From: Octopus vulgaris
Taxonomy: Eukaryota
NCBI GenBank assembly: GCA_951406725.2
Contig: OX597819.1
Span: 6,758,001 to 6,822,000 of the forward strand
DNA: 64,000 bases
Reading direction: 5' to 3'
The notes beneath the pieces are model-generated. The model saw only the letters and a list, made by a program, of their open reading frames with translations. It was not told the DNA's origin and did no database searches. This document shows, in pieces, positions 1 to 12,922 of the stretch (position 1 is its first letter; each line of letters begins with the position of its first letter). The position numbers and the translations under genes were made by a program.

Positions 1-524
1 TGTTTGTTTTGTTTTTTTACAATATAGATTATATAGATTACGTTAGTTACCTTGCTTGAAACACCATTTTCCTCTGCAACAGAACTCAAAAGTTGTTTTT
101 TTTTTTATTCTTTCCTTTCTGCAGGACTCGCTTTGACTGAATCGGCAATAAAAGCACGGAATTGATGAGTCTTTTTTCATAAACTACCAATATCTTAGAT
201 CTGTTCATAGCAAAAGGTCTCCCAATACGAAAGTTTCTTCGCCATTGGATAATACAGGAAGAGAAAACGAGCTTAGAATTGCGTTTAATGTCCGATTATA
301 AAATGTTATTAAAAGGAACATTTTAGTTGCTATTAGGTTATAAAGTGGAATATTTTTAGTTACTGTTAGTTTAGGAAATGGAGACATATAAAGGCGAGTT
401 ACTGTTGGTGGTCATGTATACAGTAGAGACTCGGTTGACGTAATGATTGATAAGATCTCATTCTTCAAACCACAGGTGACTGTGTAAACAGAGGAACACA
501 CACACATACACACACATACATATA

Positions 525-560
<36 letters not shown>

Positions 561-566
<6 letters not shown>

Positions 567-1397
567 AATGAGATAGGGGTTGAAAATTCAACCCACCATG
601 GGATAATATATATCCAATATACTGCTAGATAGGTACCCAACAAAATTAATACATAGATGTTAAAAATTGTCAAGCAATCAGTTCATCTATTGTATTAAAT
701 GGGTAAAGGTAATAATATTACCGTAAATTAATACTACAAAATTAGAGAATGGAGAAACATACTTAAATCAGTAAAACATCAACTATCCGATGATACTCAA
801 TCCATACTTTAATACACCATTACATATGAGTAAAGGCAATATATAAAATGAAATGAGATATACAGTAATAGTAAAAGTAAAAAGATAAAGAGATATAAGT
901 AAAAAATTTCAAATATAATATGCAAATAAATCAAAACTGACAGCTGTTTCGGCAGTGAGGACAGTCATACCTCATTTAACCTATAAGCCATAAAGGCAGG
1001 TATAAATGAGGCATTAACAAGGATGCCCCACGGCCTCTTCAGAGAATTAAATTAAATTTGTTATAATAGTGAAAAATATTATATAATCATATACATATAA
1101 ATATAAAAATATAAAAATGTAAAATATAAAAACTTATACATCATAATGCTACACTTATATAATATAATACACATTTGTACAAAAAGGAAGGTAAACAGAA
1201 CAAAATAAAACAAAATATATAACAGTGTATATATTAATATTAATAAGTACCGATATTATACATATTTGGCTAATAGTTTTTTTTAATAAAAAAAAAAAAA
1301 AAAAAAGGGGCTAACACATATGGAGATGAAAAATAATAATTAAATCCGTGGTACAGTTCATAAAATTCTAAAGCTATAAAAGTTAATAAAAATTACT

Positions 1398-1441
<44 letters not shown>

Positions 1442-1673
1442 TAATAATAATAAAAAGATACTAAAAATAGATACAGTTAAGATTTGCATATTATATTTGA
1501 ATTTTTTACTTATATCTCTTTATCTTTTTACTTTTACTATTACTGTATATCTCATTTCATTTTATATATTGCCTTTACTCATATGTAATGGTGTATTAAA
1601 GTATGGATTGAGTATCATCGGATAGTTGATGTTTTACTGATTTAAGTATGTTTCTCCATTCTCTAATTTTGTA

Positions 1674-1677
<4 letters not shown>
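561..1677 (-). mobile_element. Hammerhead-bearing Penelope-like/retrozyme-like non-autonomous element with inverted terminal duplication, inserted in (TA)n
   Basis: (TA)n on both sides (~527-560, ~1676-1724). 731-927 is repeated inverted at 1482-1677 (near-identical, one indel seen). Hammerhead at 935-1048. Confidence 0.7.
935..1048 (-). ncRNA. Type I hammerhead ribozyme, long stem II
   Basis: Minus strand: ct-CTGAAGA-GGC...(ATGCCTCATTTA/TAAATGAGGTAT)...GCC-GAAA-CAGCTG-TC^ag. Intact core, palindromic stem III, GUC site, short stem I. Confidence 0.8.
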
Positions 1678-1728
<51 letters not shown>

Positions 1729-1729
1729 A

Positions 1730-1882
1730 CGGCTTCTTTAATTTTCCAACACCCAAAACCACTCAAAAGACTTCGGTCAGCCCAAAGCTATCGTAGAAGA
1801 CACTTGCCCAAAGCACCACACAGTGGGACTGAACCCGAAACCATGTGGTTTGGAAGCAAACTTCTTACCACATAGCCATGCC
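1730..1882 (-). mobile_element. SINE family A, 5' part (diverged)
   Basis: Reverse complement of the tRNA-like head plus 'cttgggcaagtgtcttctac' shared with other copies in the window. Confidence 0.75.
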
Positions 1883-2648
1883 TTGAAAATTATTTCGACT
1901 TTGCATAGACTTAAACAGTTAACATTCATAACTGTCCCGGACAGTCCATGCTGTTGCCATTCGTGTAGATATTTCGTCTGAGCTTTGCAATTATAGAACA
2001 TTCGCATACAGCTGTGAACACTACACTCACCATGCGTTGCATTTCACCAATGTAAACTGAAGTAGAGCCAGTTATATGCGTTGATGATTAAATATCGCAG
2101 AATCAAAATTGCAATATGAAGCATAAATTAATAGACAATCAAGTTAACTAGCTTGGATTCATAGTTATTAATATATTCTAACAATACAATATTCATTACC
2201 TTTGTAATTAGTCGAAAATATAGTCAGCTAAGGTTGACTCGAAGTTAGTTCTATATTCTCTCACTATAAGACTCCACTGTAACTGTCGAAGAAAACAATA
2301 CCAGTTTCTAGTTAATTACTTCCCTTGACATTATCGATACATTGTCCATAATTATTTACCCTTCATTGATGTCTGATATTTCGGTAGGTGAAAATATAGT
2401 TGTATTTATTTAATCTTTCCCTTTCCTAGAGAATGTATGTGTATATACATACATACATACATACATACATACATACATACATACGTATATATATATATAC
2501 ACGATTGTGTATGTGTGTGTGCATGTGTGTGCATACATGTTACTTATACAGATACGTGAAGAGTTGACAAGTGCAATGAATTTAACAATAGGTCCTGTCG
2601 TACAGATAACTTTGCAACTCAATAAAAGTTATATGGAAATGTATAGTG

Positions 2649-2697
<49 letters not shown>

Positions 2698-2874
2698 GGA
2701 TGGATGGATGGATGGATGGATGGATGGATGGATGGAAGGACGAACGGACGGAGGGACAGATGTATGGATAGATACAGATATAGTTATAAATACATATATA
2801 TATATATAATATATATATACACATAAATTGCATAGATATACATACATACACAAATATATACATACATATATATA

Positions 2875-3090
2875 AGAGGGGGTTCCGAAAACCTCCCGGT
2901 TTTAAGGGTATCTCGAAAGGTCTAATTGGGGGCTCAACCTTAAGAGTTCTTTTACAGGGCTTATAAAAACTGAAGAATCGCTGCAATGATTATGTGGATC
3001 TGAGAGGAGAATGTGTTGAGTAAAATCATAATTAACTGATTTTCCTGTATTTGCCTTTACGCAAAGCCAGGAGCTTTTCAGCCTATGCTC

Positions 3091-3092
<2 letters not shown>
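2875..3092. mobile_element. Degenerate mariner-type MITE
   Basis: Imperfect TIRs agaggggg-ttccgaaaacctcccgg / ccaggagcttttcagcctatgctcg, resembling CGAGGG...GAAAAGTTCC mariner ends. Confidence 0.45.
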
Positions 3093-3137
<45 letters not shown>

Positions 3138-3219
3138 CATACATACATACATACAAACAAGCACACACACACATACATACATATGTGCAAAATAAACGAG
3201 AAGAAAAAGAAAAAACAAC

Positions 3220-3480
3220 AGTTACGCGCCACTGGCATCGGCCACGACTACGATTTCACTTGGTTTAACGGGTCTTCTCAAATACGGCATATCTCCAAAG
3301 GTCTCGGTCACTTGTCATTGATTCTGTGAGAACCAACGCTCAAAGATCATGCTTCCTCGCTTCGTCCCGTGTCTTCCCGGATCTACCTCTTCCACAGGTT
3401 CCCTCTACCTTTTGACATCGGCACTTCCTCACTCATCTGTCTACGTCCATATGCATCACATAACCATACCAGCGCATTTG
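3220..3480 (-). mobile_element. RTE LINE 3' end fragment
   Basis: Translates with stops to RWYGYVMHM...VEGTCGRGRSGKT...DRDLWR, the RTE ORF C-terminal motif. Confidence 0.75.
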
Positions 3481-3502
3481 ATGCCACTTATGTCCAATTC
3501 CT

Positions 3503-3571
<69 letters not shown>

Positions 3572-3574
<3 letters not shown>

Positions 3575-3949
3575 TCTTTTACTTGTTTCAGTCATTTGAC
3601 TGCGGCCATGCTGGAGCACCGCCTCTAATCGAGCAACTCGACCCCGGGACTTATTCTTTTGTAAGCCCAATACTTATTCCCCGCTAAGAAACGGGGACAT
3701 AAACACACCAGCATCGGTTGTCAAGCAATGCTAGGGGACAAACAGACACACAAACACATACACATACATACATATATATACATATATACGACGGGCTTCT
3801 TTGAGTTTCCGTCTACCAAATCCACTCACAAGGCTTTGGTCGGCCCGAGGCTATAGTAGAAGACACTTGCCTAAGGTGCCACGCAGTGAGACTGAACCCG
3901 GAACCATGTGGTTGGTAGACAAGCTACTTACCACACAGCCACTCCTGCG

Positions 3950-3951
<2 letters not shown>
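3572..3951 (-). mobile_element. SINE family A, full length
   Basis: Head ggcgcaggagtggctgtgtggtaag, CORE-like segment, internal TA/TG tract, tail ...tgactgaaacaagtaaaagagt. Confidence 0.9.
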
Positions 3952-4351
<400 letters not shown>

Positions 4352-4890
4352 GTTCATACATATAATGACATACATTTGTACATAACACTTTGAGAGATAA
4401 ACAATTATAGTAAATGTAACATAATTCTTCTTTTTTAAACATTTTTAAAATGTTTTCAAGTTACAAATTTGAATTTTGCCAATAATATATGTATGTAGAG
4501 GGAACATTCTTGACTTGGTGAATTATCTTCCAGAGATGGTAAACCAACAGCTTGGTGGCAATTAGTAAGAAATGTAAGTGGTAATCTCAAAAATCAAGTA
4601 TTCTCCAAAATTAACTTTACACTGTTATGTGGTGTAGTGGGTATTTAAGCAATGTGTTCGAGGCTGATGAATGGGCAAAAAATCCCCTAAATATGGCATA
4701 TATACTCAATACCCATTTTCATCTTTGATCTCATTTGCTTGTTTACATCTGACGGGCTCCTTTGAGTTTCCATTTACCAAATCCACTCAAAAGACTTTGG
4801 TCGTCCCGAAGCTATAGTAGAAGACACTTGCTCAAGGTGCCACGCAGTGGGTCTGAACTGGAAACCATGTGGTTGGGAAGCAAGCTTCTT

Positions 4891-6853
4891 TATTTCATTA
4901 CATTTGCCATAAAGGCAGTACATAGAGTAAAGTAGCTTTGCACGCTGGACAAGGACATTAATGAAATGAATGATAATGAAAGAAAGATGATAAGGATGGG
5001 AGAAGACAAAAAGCGCCCGCCGACTTTCGCTTCTCTAAAACATTGTTCTTTTTTTTCTGTTTTTTTTTTAAACACAATGAGGCAAGAAACCTCTTACACA
5101 GTTCAAAATTAAAAATAAAACACAAACACGAGGCAATAATCCTCTCACTTTTTACATTTTTAGTCTCTTTTTGAGGTAATACACCTCTTCAATTTTTCCG
5201 CCCGGCCAGGCTTCTCGCTTCATCGAAGCACCTGGTCCGTTTCGAACTTAAAGGTTTCAACATAAATCTGAAGGAGTCCTTCGGGAAGGAGTCCGTTATC
5301 CTGTACAGATCGTTCTCCCATATGACCTCCGCAACCACCTGCGAAGGCCACTCAGGGTCCTCCGTGTAGGACAGAAGCCCCTCCCACCGGCACTTCCTTT
5401 CAATTTTTTTTTATTTCATTTTGCAAGGTTCCTCCCTTGTGGAAGAGGACCAAAAATTCCTCCTCCAGCCGCACACCCAGCAAAGGAGAATCGGGACACG
5501 CCTGCAGCGTGTCACAACCCGCCGGCAATGTCCCGTTTTTCTTTTTTCTTTTCTTTTTCCCTTTTCTCCTGCAGCTCTCGGATTCTTCGGTGGGCAACCA
5601 TTGTTGCCCACCTTTCGCTTTCGTTTTTTCGAGGAGGTGGAAACTTCCTCGATATCCTCCTCCTTCTCTCCCTCCATTGAGGGAGCAGGGAGTGGTTTCT
5701 CTGTTAACTGCTCCAGGATCCTATTTTGGTCCTTGGGGTAATTTTTTATGTGGCCGGTCTCCAGGCACAGGTGACACTTGAGGGGGGCGTCCCTCGAGCA
5801 TCACCGGATACCTATACCCGGCCATCCTCAAAAGATCTGGGAAAACCAGACTTTCAGCTGATTGACCCCTCCCAATCAGCCGCAGGCAAAATTTTTACGT
5901 TGAGCAGCTTGGTACTGCTACCACCCAGACCCCGGCGGATAGAGTCCCCTATCCACTCGGGCTCTATTCCGGGTGGCAAGCCGCAAACACAAGCCCTCGT
6001 TGATTTCTTTCCACAATATCTGGGAAGACACATTATTTCCTTCCCCTCGAGGAGCCGGCTTGCAAAATCACAAGTTTCTTTGGGGGAGTCAAATAGCAAC
6101 CAGACCGTTGCAAATTTGACTCCCCGTGAAATAAATTTAATAGCTGGCATGTATTCTGCCAGCTCTTTCAAAATTGTGGCTTTCGGGAAGACGGTTATGG
6201 TATCGAGCGACTTTGAATAAGTCCCCAACACCACCGTCTTCCTTTCGAGCTCTTTTAGCCACGATTTGGGAGGTGTTAATTCCCACACTAATATTTCCTT
6301 TGCCATTTTTTTTAAATAAAAAGTTCAAATACAGTTCGTCAATACGTTTTCAAATAAAGAAAGATACTCAAAAAAAGAAAGAAGACACAACAGAAGGGAA
6401 GAAAAAATAAAAATAACAGTTCAAATAAAGTTCTTTTTTTATATATAATAAATGATAGCTGTGAAAAGAGAGTTCAAATCCAGGCAAAGAAATACACTTT
6501 CGGCAGAAAGGTACTCCTGGCCAATCCTTTTAATCCACGTGGGCACTAACATTTTCAAATACAATTTCTCACAATTATGTGAGACAACACACACGTCTCC
6601 ACCGCAAAGCAGACAAAAAGCTCCGAATCCAGTAAGGACTCCTTGCCTGTTCAAAAAAATAAAACCAACAGGCAACAAATCCTACCGGACTCAAAAAGCA
6701 AAAAGTCTTACCTTACAGTAAAGCGTCTTTCAGTTCAACTTTCGCCAGCTGCATACCAGCGTGACGACTTCAACAGGTGCGTGAAGAACACTGTTTTTGT
6801 TCTTTTTTCTTTTTAGGACGGAGCTCAAAGCTAGACGTCTTCACAGTTCAACC
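4891..6853 (-). mobile_element. Tx1-like non-LTR element, ORF1-only (both ends present, no ORF2)
   Basis: 15-bp TSD. 5' end ...gaagacgtctagctttgagctcc; 3' end ...gtaatgaaataaa. Encodes ORF1 only. Confidence 0.7.
5189..6306 (-). pseudogene. Tx1/L1-type ORF1 (RRM-like region plus CCHC knuckle remnant), frameshifted
   Basis: MAKEILVW...IKFISRGVKFATVWLLFDS...LPRYCGKK..VCGLPPGI; then YPVMLEGRP/LKCHLCLETGHIKNYP (CX2CX4H), a Lys-rich region, and ...EARSLAGRKN*. Confidence 0.7.
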
Positions 6854-6999
6854 GGAAGCAAGCTTCTTACCGCACGGCTACGCCTGCGCCTATTATAAGA
6901 TATATTGTAAGATATCGTTATCTTGTAAGTTATTTAACATCCCTTTACTCGTTTACTATACCTTTCCTGCCTCTGTTATATCTTTTATATTCTATGCTT

Positions 7000-7375
7000 G
7001 ACCTGTTTTAACCATTAGACTGCGACCATGCTGGGGCACCACCTTCAAGAATCTTTTTAGTCAAATGAGTTGACCCTAGCATTTAATCTTTTTGTTAAGC
7101 CTTGGACTTCATTCTATCGGTTTCTTTTGCCGAGCTACTAAGTTACAAGGACGTAAACACACAAACGCCGGTTGTCGAACGGTGGTGGGGAGACAAACAC
7201 AGACACGAACACACGCAATCACACACATGCGTTTATGTGTATGTGTGTGTGTGTACGACAGGCCTCGTTCAGTTTCTGTCTACCAGATCCACTCACAAGG
7301 CGCCACGCAGTGGAACTGATCTTAGAAACACGTGATTTGAAAGCAAGCTTCTTACCACACAACCACGCCTGCACC
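7000..7375 (-). mobile_element. SINE family A (older, internally deleted)
   Basis: Diverged head and tail motifs of family A. Confidence 0.75.
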
Positions 7376-7410
7376 TGATTTCTTACGAAACAGACACACC
7401 TGAGCCTATA

Positions 7411-7754
7411 TGGAAGCACTCCGTCGGTTACGACGACGAGGGTTCCGTGAAATTAACGTGTAAGTGGCTGAGCACTCCACAGACACGTGTACCCTTAACG
7501 TAGTTCTCGGGGATATTCAGGGTGACACAGAGAGTGACAAGGCCGGCCCTTTGAAATACAGGTACAGGAAGAAAGAGTGAGAGAAAGTTGTGGTGAATGA
7601 GTACAGCAGGGATCACCACCATCCCTGTCAGAGTCTCGTGGAGCTTTAGGTGTTTTCGCTCAATAAACACTCACAACGCCCGGTCTGGGAATCGAAACCG
7701 CGATCCTATGACCGCGAGTCCGCTGCCCTAACCACTGGGCCATTGCGCCTCCAC
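7411..7754 (-). mobile_element. SINE family C (tRNA-derived)
   Basis: Head gtggaggcgcaatggcccagtggttagggcagcggactcgcg; tail ...accgacggagtgcttcca; TSD tgagcctata at 7401-7410 and 7758-7767. Confidence 0.9.
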
Positions 7755-7849
7755 GCTTGAGCCTATAAAAATACTTGAGATATACAATATAGTGCCAATT
7801 GTCATACCTATCGGTAAAATACTTAAGACAGGTAGTGCGTTGCCAGATA

Positions 7850-8600
7850 CCTTACTCAGTAATATATTGTCGTTATATATGTGATATGATGCAGGTTAGC
7901 GTTATTAAGAATAGTTTGGAGGTGGAATAAGCTGCTGAATACTTCTTACTGCATTATGCTTGCTTTAGATATGTAATATTGTGCAAGAAATAGTTACCGT
8001 ACAACTTGACTTTTCTATTCAGTCTGAAAGTAGTAGTTCGGAATCAGCTGTGGTTGCAGGATTCAATTACATATTATTATTTCAAGGATGTTGAGGACGG
8101 AAACGCGAAAGGAAAGATGTTTTGGTTAGAAAGGACATTATCAGAAATAGAAATGTAGCGATGTGAAAGTACGGAGAATCGATCTTCGAAATCAAATTTT
8201 TAGATATCATATTGTAACATAAACCTTGAACGAAGATGCATTCGAAACAAGATGCTTGATAAATAACCAGCATCTGCTGGAATCGCGAAAGCAAAAGGAG
8301 GAGTTAAAATGACTTTCATAATAAACTGGTGGTTATTTTGGGATAAGTTTAGAATGGAATTCTAAATCTCTGGCTACTTTTCACAAAATGAATTACCTGA
8401 CCTGCAGCTAGATAAATAATATGATATCGGTGGAAGCTTCTAAAGAAAATTTTCCTCCGCTGCTTTAGTGATAAAACGCAAGATTTGCAACATTGGAAAC
8501 GGATTACTGATACTCAATATTTTCTACATGATATGAACGTCTTTTATAAATTGGATGAAAATGATTCTAATTAAGCTTTCAAAAAAGGTTTCCTTGTTCG
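7850..8600 (+). mobile_element. Possible highly decayed hAT (Charlie/Buster-like) transposase remnant
   Basis: Only scattered motifs (LSN..., VQLDFS resembling LQLDEST) across stops and frameshifts. Confidence 0.25.
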
Positions 8601-8663
8601 CTAAGAAGTTATATTCCAATTACAAGTTCAAATAGCAATCGTTTTGGCATACACACATACATA

Positions 8664-9054
8664 GGCGCAGGAGTGGCTGTGTGGTAAGTAGCTTGCTAAC
8701 CAGCCACATGGTTGCGGGTTCAGTCCCACTGCGTGGCACCTTGGGCAAGTGTCTTCTACTATAGCCTCGGGTCGACTAAAACGTGTGAGTGGATTTGGTA
8801 GACGAAAACTGAAAGAAGCCTGTCGTATATATGTATATATATGTATGTGTGTCTGTGTTTGTCTCCCTAGCATTGCTTGACAACCGATGCTGGTGTGTTT
8901 ACGTCCCCGTCACTTAGCGGTTCGGCAAAAGAGACCGATAGAATAAGTACAGGGCTTACAAAGAATAAGTCCCGGGGTCGAGTTGCTCGATTAAAGGCGG
9001 TGCTCCAGCATGGCCGCAGTCAAATGACTGAAACAAATAAAAGAGTAAAGAGTA
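8664..9054 (+). mobile_element. SINE family A, full length
   Basis: Complete head-to-tail match to family A. Confidence 0.9.
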
Positions 9055-9387
9055 TATATGCATTCTCTTTGTGTGTATGTGTGTGAGTTCGAGTGTGTGT
9101 ATGTGTGCGTGAATGCGTGTGTTTGTGTATGCTTGTTTGCTTGTGTATCTGTGCATACCAGTGTAAACTGGCATATTTAATACAGGTACATTATGGAATT
9201 TAAGTTCCTAAAGCGATGTAACTCCATACGTGAGTATTCTTATCCGTACGCAAGACGTTGTAACCTGAACATGGCGTTAGTCCAATGACAGAAACCTGTG
9301 AAACGACAGAAGGATGGACACCTGCTCACTCGTGCATTCGTGAGTTGTTATTACGATAATAACTCAGTGTTTTATAGAATGTACACT

Positions 9388-9941
9388 GGAATGGTAATTC
9401 ATCAACATATGCATCTAAAACAGAAATATAAGTATGTGCCTTCCCGGTATATGGGATGGAAGCACTCTGTCGGTTACGACGACGAGGGTTCCGGTTGATC
9501 CGAATCAACGGAACAGCCTGCTCGTGAAATTAACGTGTAAGTGGCTGAGCACTCCACAGACACGTGTACCCTTAACGTAGTTCTCGGGGATATTCAGCGT
9601 GACACAGAGAGTGACAAGGCCGGCCCTTTGAAATACAGGTACAACAGAAACAGGAAGTAAGAGTGAGAGAAAGTTGTGGTGAAAGAGTACAGCAGGGATC
9701 ACCACCATCCCCTGCCGGAGCCTCGTGGAGCTTTTAGGTGTTTTCGCTCAATAAACACTCACAACGCCCGGTCTGGGAATCGAAACCACGATCCTATGAC
9801 CGCGAGTCCGCTGCCCTAACCACTGGGCCATTGCGCCTCCACTCCCGGTATATATCACCTGGAAAGCACATACTTATATTTCTGCTTCTGAAGGGTCTCT
9901 AATTTCTATTTTAGATGCATATGTTGATGAATTACCATTCC
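9388..9941. mobile_element. Fold-back/MITE-like inverted repeat interrupted by a SINE C
   Basis: ggaatggtaattcatcaacatatgcatctaaaa and cagaaatataagtatgtgc are mirrored at 9861-9941. Confidence 0.65.
9457..9842 (-). mobile_element. SINE family C, full length
   Basis: Family C sequence; TSD tcccggtatat at 9442-9452 and 9843-9853. Confidence 0.9.
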
Positions 9942-10329
9942 GACGTTAGAAAAGTAAATTCTGCAATCAGCATTCGAAAGGGAAACGCAGATCCGAAAAC
10001 TAAAAATGCAGTTTTGCAACTCTCCTCTTCCAATGTTGGACCCAATTTTTATCAATTTCAACTACAATTCCCACTAACAAATAGATCAAAATGATGTAAA
10101 AGTAATATTTAAGGTCAGGAGAAAAATATATTTTACAGTAACTTCGCTAATATTTTATCAGAAACATCAAATTTTAAACCTTTACAAATGAACTTTTTGA
10201 CTCCTTTTGTGCAATTCTTTGTATCGTTGTATGCGAGATTGTAAGCAACGCTACTGTATATAATGCATGGCTGAATTATAAATTGTATTTGTTTCTATAT
10301 AGGTTATATTGTTGGAGCTTATTTCGAAA

Positions 10330-11500
10330 GAATAAGCTAATATATCAAACAGTCGGAAATAGAAAGAACCTTGAAGTATGGTTAATAATTATATAAACGC
10401 TTCATACAAATGAATAATCTCAATTACATCATCAATAAGTCATTTGCGAGAAAATTGTATCCTTGCACAGACGGGAAATGAATGTTTCCACGTATTGTTA
10501 CACTCACTTCCGGAAGTAAAAGTAAATGTTCATTAACGTAATTTTGAATCATCAATAATATTCAACTGAAGTGGGGTTACTTAGAAAATAAAGCGATTCA
10601 TGCAGCCCTATATTTGTGTTCTAAATTGATGTGTTGTATTAGTGTAAGTAGAAATAGAAAAAAGTTCGTTGCTTCCACAACAATCGAATTGGTGAACAAT
10701 TTCTACCTAAAGTGCAGCAGATCGCATACTTGCAATGTCTGGAGAGTCCAGAAATAGTACAAACGATAGCCCATCGGACTAAAATTGTCTTACCAATTCG
10801 CGTAACAATTGAATTACTGAATACAATTTATAATGGCCACAAGGTTTCCAATTAATACTAACTTATAATTACAGAGATGTAATAAATTGAAGTATAGTCT
10901 ATTATTCTTTTTTGTTTTCCATATATTTTACCATAATAACTCTTAATCCTAGCCATGGTCAGAAACTTCCCAGACATTGCCCGTGTTTTAATGCTATCCG
11001 ATAGTAATGATTAGGGTTAGGGTTATACAGAATCCACAGTACATGAATATATTACTCTCAAGTGATTATTTTCGCGTCCTCCAACTTTGAAGTAAATCAT
11101 CATAGTAAATTTATACAAGGTTCTTGGATCCATTTGGAAAATTTAAATGTGCAGACACCAACCAGTTTCACAATGTCAAAGCATGGTTGTGTATAGCCAC
11201 GCTTTTTTTAAAACTTACTTGTTCACAAACCACAAAATCCCTTCGGGTTACTAATAAATTACGCTTTCTGTTGCGTTAAACATCTGAGATAAATAACCCT
11301 GTATGAATATTTGGTGTTCGGAAAATTGTATACAGCACTTTCGGTTAACTAAACTGGAAGATACGTATAGTACTAAACAGCCTACTCGATGAGGTTTTAT
11401 CCATTCAATCATCAGAAATACATCGGTTATTTTTGCAAAGAGGGGAATCCGATCTTCACAATACCAGACATCACTTCACTTCTTAATGGCGTCTTAAATG
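10330..11500 (+). mobile_element. Decayed Ty3/Gypsy pol remnant (RNase H-integrase region)
   Basis: IAHRTKIVLPIRVTIELLNTIYNGH resembles the RIVIP...IH.GH integrase Zn-finger lead-in; downstream PW..QKL..D and DYF.R-like motifs across frameshifts. Confidence 0.4.
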
Positions 11501-12073
11501 ATTTTATTATCAGAGGAGAACCAACTTGGATAATCTGTTTGTTTATATTCTAACCGTTATATTTGAAGACGTTGGAACGCTAAATGTTGGCTTATGCCAG
11601 AATACTTAATTCCTGTATGTCAGTTGTTTTAACATGAAAGTCTTTAATAAAATCCTCTCACGAAAGGAGAGAGAAAAGCATATTTAATTCAGATCCGAGT
11701 TTACAAATATTTTTGCTTTATGTGGGTGAAGTATTAGTAGAACTAGCATGTATTACTCTTCTTTAAGGCACTTATGATCTGTGTTCAAATATCGTCAGGT
11801 TCGTTATTGTTTTCCACTCGCAAGAGGCAAAACACAGGATCTGTGAATAGGACAAGCGGACCTATTGTAAGGTCAACGGTCAGCTATTTCGTGGTTGACA
11901 CTGTAAAACGACTGATAGTGAGGCAACCGTTATATCTCATCAACGTATGTCTCTAGGAACTTACTCCAATATAAAACTTCATGAATATTCTTCGGGCAAG
12001 TCATGAAACTCAGTGTGCAATTGTTAGCTGCTTTTCTATCATTGAACTACTCCACGGTTACTGATATTGGTGT

Positions 12074-12559
12074 CTTCTTCTTCCAATCAGGACTCACGCC
12101 ATTAGCTACAAAGAATAATCTCTAATTCGAGCCTACTCTAAGCTAAGAATGCGCGTGGCAACTTGAAGATCCACCCACCACACACGATAGACTGGCAGTT
12201 GCACGTGTGCGAAAGCTACGTTGTTATCCTCATTCCATAAACGGTGGCTTTTAACGGGTGGAGAGCTGAACCATCCTGGGGTACAGAAGATTCGCAATGT
12301 AGACTCGGGTCTAAAATTTTTACCACACCATAGTGGGTTACACCATGGTTCCTCTGCTTTGTGGCAGAAGTAGAAAGAAAGAGTGAGAGAAAGTTGTAGT
12401 GAACGAGTACAGCGGGGTTCACCATCACCCCCGCCGGAGCCTGGTGGAGCTTAGGTGTTTTTGTTCTATAAACATTCACAATGCCCGGTCTGGGAATGGA
12501 AAGCGCGTTCTTACGACCGCGAGTCCGCTGCCCTAACCACTAGGCCATTGCGCCTCCAC
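12074..12559 (-). mobile_element. Chimeric SINE: family C head/body with an alternative (GAA)n-ending tail
   Basis: 12370-12559 matches family C. The 3' part is unrelated and ends ggcgtgagtcctgattggaagaagaagac. Imperfect TSD actgat(at/gc)tggtgt. Confidence 0.65.
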
Positions 12560-12814
12560 TGATGCTGGTGTTCCTGCTTCTGTTGCTGGTTTTGCTGCTG
12601 CTGTTTCTGGTGTTGCATATGCACTGGTTGAGAGATTCACTTTTTTATCGAGTGACTGATGAATTTATTGATGTGCCAAAGAAACGTTACCTACAACCAG
12701 TGCGTGTATATTTTATTGATAGAATTACCCTTCCAAAATACGACACCTTTTTAACGATGCAACATAACTTAAATAATTTTGCGAAATAAATACGAAAACA
12801 ATAAATATAGATAA

Positions 12815-12912
12815 TTTTTTTCTAAAATTTTCGTAGCTTTTTGCAACTTTGTCAATGGAGTCTGAACATCCATCGACAAGGTTGCAAAAGCAACGAAAAT
12901 TTTGGAAGAAAA
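12815..12912. repeat. ~95-bp imperfect palindrome (MITE-like)
   Basis: aaaattttcgtagctttttgcaactttgtcaatgga / tccatcgacaaggttgcaaaagcaacgaaaatttt. Confidence 0.6.
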
Positions 12913-12922
12913 ATATAAATAA

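Larger units (their letters stand above)
4750..6890 (-). mobile_element. SINE family A head split by the insertion at 4891-6853
   Basis: 4750-4890 and 6854-6890 join into one SINE head. Duplicated 15-mer ggaagcaagcttctt at 4876-4890 and 6854-6868. Confidence 0.8.

Noticed and set aside
105-420. Strong splice acceptor (tttcctttctgcag at 124)
   Set aside because: No recognisable ORF or clear donor follows; could be a UTR exon but unsupported.
9505-9708. Recurrent ORF MVVIPAVLFHH... (also 7428, 46600, 60866)
   Set aside because: Incidental frame inside SINE family C copies.
11011-11025. TTAGGG telomeric repeat
   Set aside because: Only about two and a half units; compatible with chance.
12650-12700. 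CTGATGA...GAAACGTT hammerhead-like motif
   Set aside because: No convincing stem I or stem II.
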